Source of the DNA: Thermodesulfovibrionales bacterium
GTDB lineage: Bacteria > Nitrospirota > Thermodesulfovibrionia > Thermodesulfovibrionales > UBA6898
DNA length: 64,000 bases
Assembly: GCA_044450345.1 (NCBI GenBank)
Contig: JBIOIY010000004.1
Location: 32,001 to 96,000 of the forward strand
Reading direction: 5' to 3'
The position numbers and the translations under genes were made by a program. The notes below the pieces were generated by a model. That model had not been told where the DNA came from and searched no databases. It worked only from the letters and a program-made list of their open reading frames with translations. Shown here piece by piece: positions 47,142-55,990 of the stretch (the first letter of the stretch is position 1; each line of letters begins with the position of its first letter).

Positions 47142-49556
47142 ATGTCAGATGCAGAGCGACTGAAGGCAGCGCTTGAAGAATGTGCCCACCTGAAAGAGGA
47201 AAACAAGAGGCTCAAATCACTCCTGGGCATCTTGGAAGAAAAGCCTGAAAGTCCCTCGCCTCCTCAGCCTATAGTTGGAACTTTGTCCCTCGACGACAAG
47301 GTCGCTCTTTTTCGAAATCTCTTCCATGGTCGCGACGATATTTACCCTGTAAGGTGGGAAGGGAAGGACGGAAGATCGGGCTATTCGCCTGCCTGTGCAA
47401 ACGAATGGAAACGGCCTCTATGCGTGAAACCGAAGATCAGATGCTCGGAGTGCGAGCATCGCGAGTTCCGCACTGTAACAAACGAATTAATCCAGAACCA
47501 TCTTTTAGGCAAACAGACCATCGGCGTTTATGCTCTTCTTCCGGATGAAACTTGCTATTTCTTAGCCACAGATTTCGATAAGGAGACGTGGAAAGAGGAT
47601 GCCTCGTCGTTTCTAAAAACTTGTCGTGACTTAAGCGTTCCCGCAGTCCTTGAGCGTTCGCGTTCGGGCAATGGGGGACATATCTGGATATTTTTCAATA
47701 TTCCAATTCAGGCGACATTAGCCCGAAAATTCGGTTCTGCAATGCTCACGTATACGATGGAAAGGAATCCTCAATTGGGCCTGGATTCCTATGATCGTTT
47801 TTTCCCGAGCCAGGATACCATGCCAAAAGGAGGATTCGGCAGCCTTATTGCTTTTCCGCTTCAGCGTGGGCCAAGAAACAAAGGCAACTCTGTTTTTCTC
47901 AATGAAGAATTTAATCCTTATCCTGACCAATGGACTTTTCTTTCCGGCGTCAAAAAAATGCACAAAGAAGAAGTCGAAGAAATTGTGCACACAGCTCAGC
48001 GCAAAGGAAAAATTCTCGGCATTAGAATGAGTCTGACTGAAGAAGGCGACGAAGATCCGTGGACTCTGCCCCCCTCCGGTAGAAAGATAGAAAAGACAGT
48101 TGAGGGCCCCTTCCCTGAGAAAGTCGCTATTATTTTGGGAAACATGGTCTATATTGAAAAGAAGGACTTGCCTCCAGCACTGGTCAACAGAATTATTCGA
48201 CTTTCGGCCTTTCAGAACCCGGAGTTTTATAAGGCACAGGCAATGCGACTGTCCACTTATGAGAAGCCCAGGATAATCTCGTGTGCGGAAGATTTTGGGA
48301 AACATTTGGGTCTTCCCCGAGGCTCCTTGGATGAAGTAATTGAACTGTTAGAGGTTCATGGCATCAAGGCAAATATTAGGGATGAGCGGTTTTCGGGAAT
48401 ACCGATAGATGCTGTCTTCAAAGGTGCCCTTCGTCCTCTTCAAAATGAGCCAACCGCTGAGATATTGAAGCATGACATTGGCGTACTAAGTGCACCTACT
48501 GCGTTTGGCAAGACCGCTATCGCCGCTTATCTAATTGCGGAGCGCAAAGTAAATACGCTGGTATTGGTTCATAGGAGGCTTCTTATGGATCAGTGGCACG
48601 TGCGACTGAAAAGCTTTCTAAATACACCATCTATTGGTCGCATAGGAGGAGGTCGCGGCGATAAGACCGGAAAAATCGACATAGGTATGATTCAAAGCCT
48701 GAATCGCAAGGGCATAGTTAAAGATATCGTAGCGGAGTACGGCCAGGTCATAATTGACGAGTGTCACCATGTTTCGGCCTTCAGTTTTGAGCAGGTTCTG
48801 AGGCAGATGAGGGCCAAATATGTCGTAGGACTTACGGCTACACCGATCAGAAAGGATGGGCATCATCCTATTATCGTTATGCAATGCGGCCCGATTCGTT
48901 TTCGGGTGGATGCCAGAAAACAATCCCGAGAAAGGCCGTTTGAGCATGTGGTAGTCCCAAGGCATACAGCATTCAGGACGCGAAGCACCGATGAGAGTAT
49001 TCAGTCGATGTATGCGGCCATGATCCACGATCAAGAACGCAATGACCTTATATTTAACGATCTCCTCAGCGCTCTTGAAGAGGGTTGTTCTCCGCTGCTG
49101 CTTACCGAGCGTACGGAACATGTGGATGAGTTTGCGGAACGGCTGAAGGGCTTTGCCAAAAACGTGATTGTACTCAAAGGTGGAATGGGGAAAAAGCAAC
49201 GAGCCGCATTAACTGCACAGATTGCTTCTATCCCCGACGGAGAAGAGAGGCTACTTATCGCGACTGGCAAATATATAGGCGAGGGTTTTGATGATGCCCG
49301 GTTGGACGCGCTCTTCTTGGCAATGCCGATTTCGTGGCGTGGAACTCTTCAACAATACGCAGGTCGCCTCCATCGCTTACATGATAACAAAAGAATCGTC
49401 AGAGTTTACGATTATGTCGATGTCCATATCCCGATGCTGATGCGCATGTATCAGAAGCGGCTTAATGGCTATAAGGCAATCGGATACTCGGTTCAGCCTA
49501 ATAACGCCGAAACCGGTGACAGCGTCCCAATTACTTCAATAGATACAGTCCTTTAG
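47142..49556 (+). CDS. AEP primase-like (TOTE-type) domain fused to an SF2 DEAD/DEAH-type helicase
   Basis: GYSPAC.NEW..C..C..C, ATDFD, ERSRSGNGGHIW; APTAFGKT, IIDECHH, GLTATP, GEGFD, QYAGRLHR. Confidence 0.85.
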   Translation: MSDAERLKAALEECAHLKEENKRLKSLLGILEEKPESPSPPQPIVGTLSLDDKVALFRNLFHGRDDIYPVRWEGKDGRSGYSPACANEWKRPLCVKPKIRCSECEHREFRTVTNELIQNHLLGKQTIGVYALLPDETCYFLATDFDKETWKEDASSFLKTCRDLSVPAVLERSRSGNGGHIWIFFNIPIQATLARKFGSAMLTYTMERNPQLGLDSYDRFFPSQDTMPKGGFGSLIAFPLQRGPRNKGNSVFLNEEFNPYPDQWTFLSGVKKMHKEEVEEIVHTAQRKGKILGIRMSLTEEGDEDPWTLPPSGRKIEKTVEGPFPEKVAIILGNMVYIEKKDLPPALVNRIIRLSAFQNPEFYKAQAMRLSTYEKPRIISCAEDFGKHLGLPRGSLDEVIELLEVHGIKANIRDERFSGIPIDAVFKGALRPLQNEPTAEILKHDIGVLSAPTAFGKTAIAAYLIAERKVNTLVLVHRRLLMDQWHVRLKSFLNTPSIGRIGGGRGDKTGKIDIGMIQSLNRKGIVKDIVAEYGQVIIDECHHVSAFSFEQVLRQMRAKYVVGLTATPIRKDGHHPIIVMQCGPIRFRVDARKQSRERPFEHVVVPRHTAFRTRSTDESIQSMYAAMIHDQERNDLIFNDLLSALEEGCSPLLLTERTEHVDEFAERLKGFAKNVIVLKGGMGKKQRAALTAQIASIPDGEERLLIATGKYIGEGFDDARLDALFLAMPISWRGTLQQYAGRLHRLHDNKRIVRVYDYVDVHIPMLMRMYQKRLNGYKAIGYSVQPNNAETGDSVPITSIDTVL

Positions 49557-49591
49557 AATCCTAAATAAACGTGAAAAAGGCAGTTTTAATT

Positions 49592-49609
49592 TATAGCACT
49601 AATGCTATA
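49592..49609. promoter_or_regulatory. Palindromic operator upstream of the toxin-antitoxin pair
   Basis: tatagca-ctaa-tgctata, 9 nt before the toxin ATG. Confidence 0.55.
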
Positions 49610-49618
49610 TACTAGAGT

Positions 49619-49972
49619 ATGCAGTGGAGTATTGAATACTATTTGACAGCCGAAGGAAAATGTCCTGTAAAAGATTTTGTCGATGGGCTTTCGCCCGAAG
49701 GTTAGGCTAAATATATTTTCATCACCAGATTGCTTCAAGAATATGGCGTGTTGGTGAAAGCGCCCTATGTGAAACAGTTCACCGGCCATAAGAAGCTTTT
49801 TGAGATCCGGATCAAAGACAAAACGGGAATCAGCAGAATCCTATACTTCACTCATACAGGAAAGAAGTTGATACTTTTGCACGGCTTTACAAAAAAAACG
49901 AACAAGACTCCGGAACGGGAGATAGACACAGCTAAAGAAAGGATGAAAGATTACCTTTCTCGGGAGGCGTAA
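49619..49972 (+). pseudogene. RelE/HigB (Gp49-like) toxin interrupted by an in-frame TAG at 49703-49705
   Basis: MQWSIEYYLTAEGKCPVKDFVDGLSPEG*AKYIFITRLLQEYG...LFEIRI...RILYF...LLHGFTKKT.KTP. Confidence 0.85.
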
Positions 49973-49973
49973 G

Positions 49974-50261
49974 ATGAAAAAGAATACCTATGAGGAGCAT
50001 GTAAAGGAGCTCCTGAAAAAGAAGAATGTAAGAGAGGAGTACGAAAAGCTTCTCCCCGAGTACGAACTTGCAAGGAGCATTATTGAACAGCGGCTCAAAA
50101 AAAAGATGACTCAAGAGCAGGTTGCAAAGAAGACCGGAATGCCACAATCAACGATCTCACGAATCGAAGGTCTTACACACGGATTGCCGAAGCTGTCGAC
50201 CCTTAAGAAGATCGCCAATGCACTGGACGCAAAGGTCGTCATTAAGCTTGAAGCAAAATAA
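49974..50261 (+). CDS. XRE-HTH antitoxin (HigA-like)
   Basis: MTQEQVA.KTG..QSTISRIE...P.LSTLKKIA.AL; directly after the toxin. Confidence 0.88.
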   Translation: MKKNTYEEHVKELLKKKNVREEYEKLLPEYELARSIIEQRLKKKMTQEQVAKKTGMPQSTISRIEGLTHGLPKLSTLKKIANALDAKVVIKLEAK

Positions 50262-50603
50262 AATTTTGCATACTTTAGTCGAGACTGTGAAACAAAGTGT
50301 CCCCGAATTGTCCCCAGTAATTTCCGGAAAAGGTGAAAGAACTTGATAATAAAGAACTATATAGACGTTTGAAGTGGGTTCGATTCCCACACGCTCCCGC
50401 CATTTCCCCTTGATCATGAAACATTTCCATCCTTACTATGTAAAATAAAACCGTGAACAGAACGCGTTTTTAGGGCTGGCTTTAGAGCTCTGTTTTGTGA
50501 AACTTGCTTCCTGAAACAAACACAGCCGGGACATGATCCAATGGTGTAGAGTAGAAATGGAATTAGGGGTTGCTGGATCAACAAAAGACTGAATGTGATC
50601 CTT

Positions 50604-52472
50604 TTATCTGACGCTCTCGAAAAACCCCCGGCCGTACTCCCTCGTCTCGATCCTCTCGTCGCAGATCACCACCCGTCCCCTGTCGTCCTTCGATCGTATC
50701 AGCCTCCCGAAGCCCTGTTTAAACTTGAGGATGGCCCTCGGCAGCGAGTAGTCACGGAAAGGGTTCCCGCCGGCTTTCTTTATCTCCCCGGTACGCGCTG
50801 CGACAATAGGTTCCGACGGCACTTCGAAAGGCAATTTTGTGATGATGAGGCAGTTGAGGGAATCCCCCTTTACATCCACCCCTTCCCAAAATGAGTCGAG
50901 GCCGAAGATAACACTGTTTGTGCTTTCCCGCATCTCCTGGAGCATCTTTTTGTTCGGGGCCGCCCCCTGCACCATAGGGTTCAGCCCCCCTGCGAGAAGT
51001 TTCCCGGCAGAAATCTCCCATGTCTTTCGCATTACATCTCTCGAAGTGAAGAGCACGAGAGTGCCCCCTTCTTCTTTTGAAGATTCCCTCACTATCACAG
51101 CGGCCAGTTTCTCGATGCCCCTTCCCTGCTGAAGGTCGATGCCCCTCTCGACGGCAATCCTGACCTGTCTGCCCATGTCGAAAGGGGAAGGCACGGCCAG
51201 TGTTTCAGGGCCGTCGAGGCCGAGGATGTTTTTAATGAGACCGAAGTCTCCGGCCACGGACAGAGTCGCGGATGTCAGGATGACCGGCCCGTAATCCGGC
51301 AGCAGATTGTCCCTGACGAAATCCGATGGGTATATGGGCGACATCCTCAGGGCGGTCCTCTTTGCCTCTGTCTCGGCCCACCTGACGAACCCGGCTGTCT
51401 CTTCAGCAAATATCTCCATGCCCTCGCAAAGAGACACCAGCTTGGCGACTGCGGCCTTCAGGTCAAGCTCTTCATCTTCGCTAAAAAGACCTGTAACGGA
51501 GGTCCTGATTTTTTCGAGGAGCGCCCTTATCGAGGCGGACAAGACCGAAAGGGGGCCGCCGAGTTCGAAAGTCCCCTTTATGACCTTCCTTGTTTCAGGG
51601 ATCTCCCTTGCCCTGCTGAAAAAGACCGCCGCCTCAACCTTCACGGCCTCAAGGTCGGGGAAGAGCACCGGCGTTTTTGAAAGGAGCCCTTTGTATATGC
51701 CCCTTTGGTCCACCCTCAGCAGTGTAGTAAGGATCCTTTCGAGTCCCCTGTCCGACAGGTTGAGCCCGATCTGCTCGGAGACGATGCTGTCGAGTGAATG
51801 CCCTTCGTCGATCACCAGTACCCCTGCCCCGGGAAGGATTTTTTTGTCGACGGGCATCATCGCGTTGATTGCGAGCAGGGCGTGGTTGGTCACCACAACC
51901 TGCGCCGATTCCCATTTCCTCCTTGCAGCGAAGTAATGACAGTCTTTAGCATACGCGCACTTTTTCCCGTGGCAGGCATCGGCATCGGCGCATACCCTTT
52001 CCCAGATCATGGGCCTCCCCTGCCCACTGCAGTCTTCTCTGTCGCCCGAAGATGTCGAAGCGGACCAATCGAGGAGACGCTTATGTTCGGCCGATTCTTC
52101 CTCGTTGTCGGGATGGAAGGCATTGATGCGTCTCAGACAGACGTAGTTGCCTCGCCCCTTTGCAATGGCATAGTCGAAATCCTTGAGGGCCGAAAGCAGC
52201 TTCAGGTCCTTTGAGACGAGCTGTTCCTGAAGGGTTATCGTCCTCGTCGAGATGACGGCCTTTTGCCCGGAAAGGATTATCGGGACAAGATAGGCAAAGG
52301 TCTTGCCCGTCCCTGTGCCCGCCTCGGCGATGAGAGTGCCGCCTGACTCTATGATGCGCGCGCAGGCGTCCATCATCTTCAGCTGAGGCTCCCTCAGCTC
52401 ATACCCGTCCAGTGCCGCTGCGACGGCGTGTACGAGGAAGTTCTCTGATTCCTGCTCAAGTCCTGAGATCAC
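50604..52472 (-). CDS. DinG/YoaA family ATP-dependent DNA helicase
   Basis: EAGTGTGKT, KGRGNYVC, IDEGH, TSATL, FWEGVD, QGFGRLIRS. Confidence 0.92.
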   Translation of the reverse strand: MISGLEQESENFLVHAVAAALDGYELREPQLKMMDACARIIESGGTLIAEAGTGTGKTFAYLVPIILSGQKAVISTRTITLQEQLVSKDLKLLSALKDFDYAIAKGRGNYVCLRRINAFHPDNEEESAEHKRLLDWSASTSSGDREDCSGQGRPMIWERVCADADACHGKKCAYAKDCHYFAARRKWESAQVVVTNHALLAINAMMPVDKKILPGAGVLVIDEGHSLDSIVSEQIGLNLSDRGLERILTTLLRVDQRGIYKGLLSKTPVLFPDLEAVKVEAAVFFSRAREIPETRKVIKGTFELGGPLSVLSASIRALLEKIRTSVTGLFSEDEELDLKAAVAKLVSLCEGMEIFAEETAGFVRWAETEAKRTALRMSPIYPSDFVRDNLLPDYGPVILTSATLSVAGDFGLIKNILGLDGPETLAVPSPFDMGRQVRIAVERGIDLQQGRGIEKLAAVIVRESSKEEGGTLVLFTSRDVMRKTWEISAGKLLAGGLNPMVQGAAPNKKMLQEMRESTNSVIFGLDSFWEGVDVKGDSLNCLIITKLPFEVPSEPIVAARTGEIKKAGGNPFRDYSLPRAILKFKQGFGRLIRSKDDRGRVVICDERIETREYGRGFFESVR

Positions 52473-52594
52473 CGGTGCGCCTTTCTTTCCTCATAGTATA
52501 TTTCGCGGCATTCTTCGAGGTGCATAGCATAGTCTCTTTCATGAGAGCTGTAGTAGGCACATTATCTCCGGACTTTTCCGGCAGGAAATTTTCT

Positions 52595-54373
52595 CTACTG
52601 TCCCGGTTTTATCCTGAAGTAGTCCACGATATCGTCCGGGCCTTCAGCGTTATCGACTACCGGGAAATAGAGGCTGAAGGTAGTTCCTTTTCCGACTTCC
52701 GACTGAAGATCAATTGCCCCGCCGTGGGCCTTAATAATTCCATAAGACATTGCCAACCCGAGTCCGGTGCCCTTTCCCGATTCCTTTGTAGTAAAGAAGG
52801 GGTCGAATATCTTGTCCCGTATCTCTCCGGGTATTCCGGTGCCTGCGTCCTGGATCTTGAGTATCGCATATTCCCCGGGTTCCAGAAGGAGCGGGCTTGC
52901 AATATTTCTCGTAATCTTCCCGGACGACGTTGAGATCGTTATGATTCCCCCGTTCGGCATTGCGTCCGATGCATTCACCAGGAGATTCACCAGTATCTGT
53001 TCTATCTGGTTGATGTCACCCTTGATGAAGGGGAAGTTCTCGGCGGCATGAAACACGACCTGGATGTTCTTTTTTGAGAGCATCCTTTCCAGGAGCTCAA
53101 GCGTGTCGCTTACGGCATGGTTGAGGTTGAGCAGCTTCATCTCAACCGAACCCGTACGGGCGAAGCTCAAAAGCTTTGTAACGATGACATGTGCTTTTAT
53201 CCCGGCCTTCTCGATGATGAGGGCCTTGCTGTGTATGGACGGGTCAACACCTTCTTCGTCGCTGATCAGCTCTGCATAACCCATGATTTGAGTAAGTATG
53301 TTGTTGAAGTCATGCGCAAGTCCTCCTGCGAGGATCCCCAAGGATTCCATCTTCTGGGACTGCAGAAGGTGTTCCTGGAGCCTTTTTTTGTCGGTGATAT
53401 CCCTGTGGAAAGACTGTATGACGATCTGGCGGTCGATTTCAATTGCCTTAGCACTGACTTCAACAAGCAGCTTTTTCCCGTCCTTTTTGAGGTGTTCTGT
53501 CTCAAAGACCAATGCGCTGTCGGCGAGCAGGTTTTTCATCCTCTCCCGAAAGGCGGCGCTGTTTTCTTCCCCTTCCAGGATGTGTATATTGGTACCTAAG
53601 AGGTCGTCCTTTTCGTATCCGTACATAGTGCAGAGGTTGTTGTTCGCATCGAGTATTGTCCCGTTCTCGTCGAGCACGAGGATCCCGTCGTTTGCATTGT
53701 CGAAGAGTTCCTGGAACCTCTTGTTGGAGAGACGCAGTTCTTCTGTCCTTGCCCTCACCATATCATCAAGTGCCTCCGCCTGCTTCTCAAGCTTTTTCTT
53801 TTCTTCGGCAAGGTCAAACTGGAGCTCTACTGCCTGTGCGGTAGCTTTTTCGCTGTGACTTCGTAAGGACAGCGCGATTGCAAACGTGGCAAGCAGGAAC
53901 GCGTTGTTCAGGATAAATGTGGGGATGTCCGTGATCGTGTCGAATACAAGTATCGGCACGAGGTAAATCAGATAGATCAGGGACATGCCGAACATCGCTG
54001 CGGAGAAGCTAAATGGAAAATATCCAAGGACGCAGACTATGAGAAGGATCATGCCTGCGTAGTAGGGTGATTTATGGCCGCCGAGGGCCATGATCATGGC
54101 CTCGATCGTTATGGCAGACAAGGCGGCGGCAACGAAGATGATCACATGCTGGCGTCCGCCGCTCTTCTTCTGATTGAGAATCAGGAGAAAAAGCAAGGCA
54201 ATTGTTATCGAAACCCTGTATATAAGGAACTGCGTGAACAACGTAGGGGTATAGAAGTAGTCAAGGACCCCGAGAAGAAGGAACAGGATCGCCCCGAGCA
54301 CAAGGATCTTGTTTATCCAATGTTGCAGGAGCGACAGAAACTGGTCTTTTATATATTCTTTTTTCTCATCCAT
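52595..54373 (-). CDS. Polytopic-membrane PAS sensor histidine kinase, no receiver domain
   Basis: About 6 TM helices incl. [45 protein letters not shown]. Confidence 0.92.
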   Translation of the reverse strand: MDEKKEYIKDQFLSLLQHWINKILVLGAILFLLLGVLDYFYTPTLFTQFLIYRVSITIALLFLLILNQKKSGGRQHVIIFVAAALSAITIEAMIMALGGHKSPYYAGMILLIVCVLGYFPFSFSAAMFGMSLIYLIYLVPILVFDTITDIPTFILNNAFLLATFAIALSLRSHSEKATAQAVELQFDLAEEKKKLEKQAEALDDMVRARTEELRLSNKRFQELFDNANDGILVLDENGTILDANNNLCTMYGYEKDDLLGTNIHILEGEENSAAFRERMKNLLADSALVFETEHLKKDGKKLLVEVSAKAIEIDRQIVIQSFHRDITDKKRLQEHLLQSQKMESLGILAGGLAHDFNNILTQIMGYAELISDEEGVDPSIHSKALIIEKAGIKAHVIVTKLLSFARTGSVEMKLLNLNHAVSDTLELLERMLSKKNIQVVFHAAENFPFIKGDINQIEQILVNLLVNASDAMPNGGIITISTSSGKITRNIASPLLLEPGEYAILKIQDAGTGIPGEIRDKIFDPFFTTKESGKGTGLGLAMSYGIIKAHGGAIDLQSEVGKGTTFSLYFPVVDNAEGPDDIVDYFRIKPGQ

Positions 54374-54403
54374 GAAATTGCCCTATGAGAGTTCGCGGGG
54401 AAA

Positions 54404-55678
54404 TCATCTCACTTCCGTTCCACATAACTCCTTGCTCACCATAAAAAATAGGATCACGCCTGATTCTTCACGTGCGGTCGCCACGTTCTTTCTCTCTATC
54501 CCGGCATCCTCCAGTATTTTCCAGCAGTCGCTCTCCTGCCTTTGGTAGAAAGCATCCCAGTCCGAGACCCAGTGATAGTCGAACGTCGAGTATCTCTTGC
54601 AGTCCTTGAATGAGATTATCATAGTGCCGCCGGGATTAAGCAATTGGTAAAGCGCCCTGAACATCCTGACAAGGACAGCGCTCTCCAGGTAATCGTAGAG
54701 CCCGGTGCTGTAAATAATATCCTGCATGCCGAACTCTTTGAGGCTCCTTTCATGGCTTATCATCTTCAGGGCATTATACCTTCTGAAGGTAAAACGGTCC
54801 ATGGATATCCCCGTTGTAGACAGCCTGGAGGCAGAGAATGCAAGGGCATCACCGTCGAGGTCGACGCACGTGACATGGGAATTGTTGGCTTCTATGTCAG
54901 AGGAGATTTCAACGAGCTCCCTGCAGGAGCCACATGCTATGTCCAGTACTTTTGTTTTTTCATGTTTTCGCAGTTCTTTGAGGAGAAGGTCTTTCAAGGC
55001 CTCCTTTCTCCCCCTGACCGCCACTCCAAGCTCGGTGGAGAGGATGTATCTGTCTATGTAGAACCCTATGCCGGTCGATTGAGGCGTGTTCTTGTAGAAC
55101 GCTTCAAGCGTTTTGTAGTCGCCCGGATAGCCCTGGGGCCAGGTGAGTACGCGGCTCCAGAAATAGCTTTTGGCAGAGATCGGATTAGTCCTTCCCCTCA
55201 GTTTTTTCTGAGCTTCTTTTATCTGTTTTTTGTTGTCTCTGTTTTCTTCTTCGAAGAGTTCACAGGCCTTCTTCATATTCATGAAGGTTTGACGGGTCAG
55301 CTTCATGACCTCATCCTGATCGTGGCCAGGGATCAGACACTTTGCCTCGATGGTTTTCATCTCCGCAAGGAACCGGTCAATAGCGGCGGAAAGGGCTTCG
55401 GTCTCGATTGCCTCGAACATTAAGCCCACCCTGAGCATGGAGTCATTGATACGTTTCGTCCACTTTACTACACCGGCGTAGCTTCCTAAGCTGCTTTCCA
55501 TCGTAAGTGTGAGACCCGGCTCCAGCGGGAAATCGGTCTCGATACCTATCCCCGCCTCACTGAAATCATGAATTCTTCCCTTCACGCAAGTCCCTTTCTC
55601 AAGGTGACATTCCACGTCATCCGTAAAGGGTCTTCTGTAAAAACGTCTCATTTCTTCAACGTTAAATGGATCTCCCAT
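54404..55678 (-). CDS. PilZ domain fused to a SAM methyltransferase resembling PhcB-type signal synthases
   Basis: PilZ RxxxR (RRFYR) and DxSxxG (DFSEAG); PQGYPGDY, AVRGRK, VLDIACGSCRE, YSTGLYDYL. Confidence 0.8.
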   Translation of the reverse strand: MGDPFNVEEMRRFYRRPFTDDVECHLEKGTCVKGRIHDFSEAGIGIETDFPLEPGLTLTMESSLGSYAGVVKWTKRINDSMLRVGLMFEAIETEALSAAIDRFLAEMKTIEAKCLIPGHDQDEVMKLTRQTFMNMKKACELFEEENRDNKKQIKEAQKKLRGRTNPISAKSYFWSRVLTWPQGYPGDYKTLEAFYKNTPQSTGIGFYIDRYILSTELGVAVRGRKEALKDLLLKELRKHEKTKVLDIACGSCRELVEISSDIEANNSHVTCVDLDGDALAFSASRLSTTGISMDRFTFRRYNALKMISHERSLKEFGMQDIIYSTGLYDYLESAVLVRMFRALYQLLNPGGTMIISFKDCKRYSTFDYHWVSDWDAFYQRQESDCWKILEDAGIERKNVATAREESGVILFFMVSKELCGTEVR

Positions 55679-55747
55679 TACTTCCTCCTCAGGGAAATAT
55701 TTTTTGTCGAACCTTCTCAGAACGAAAGGGGCATCACCTCCTCAAAC

Positions 55748-55786
55748 AAAAAAAGCCGCGCTGTATTCTTGCCCTGGCAGCGCGGC
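55748..55786 (-). terminator. Intrinsic terminator overlapping the 3' end of the aptamer
   Basis: Minus strand gccgcgctg-N14-cagcgcggc followed by T7. Confidence 0.8.
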
Positions 55787-55842
55787 CGTCCGTATGCTGG
55801 ATGGCGTTCCATCCCTGTTAATAAGGGGTTGGCTTTATCAGG
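55773..55842 (-). ncRNA. c-di-GMP-I (GEMM-I)-like riboswitch aptamer, divergent
   Basis: Minus strand CCUGAUAAAGCCAACCCC...GGGAUGGAACGCC...GACGGCCGCGCUGCCAGG follows the GEMM-I pattern, with a closing P1 and an overlapping terminator. Confidence 0.62.
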
Positions 55843-55990
55843 CACTTTTTCCCATGCTTCTTCCTAATTAGGGATACTATACCCCCATTTAATCTGGAAT
55901 CGCAAGACCTTCGGCAATATCACGGCGCATTCGCCGACGCCTGAGTTCGTATCCTCTTGTGCGGTGGTAATGTGTTAAAATGAAAGCCTT

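Larger units (their letters stand above)
46953..50402. mobile_element. Genomic islet at the selC 3' end; no integrase visible
   Basis: Exact 29-bp direct repeat gtgggttcgattcccacacgctcccgcca at 46953-46981 and 50374-50402; more AT-rich cargo. Confidence 0.88.

Noticed and set aside
49703..49705. Pyrrolysine readthrough of the toxin TAG
   Set aside because: No pyl genes or pylT in the window and not a known Pyl protein family; a nonsense mutation is simpler
50374..50402. Second tRNA gene
   Set aside because: Only the T-arm and 3' acceptor strand are present; this is the att duplication
50403..50600. Possible ncRNA or gene remnant after the islet
   Set aside because: No convincing structure or ORF recognisable by eye
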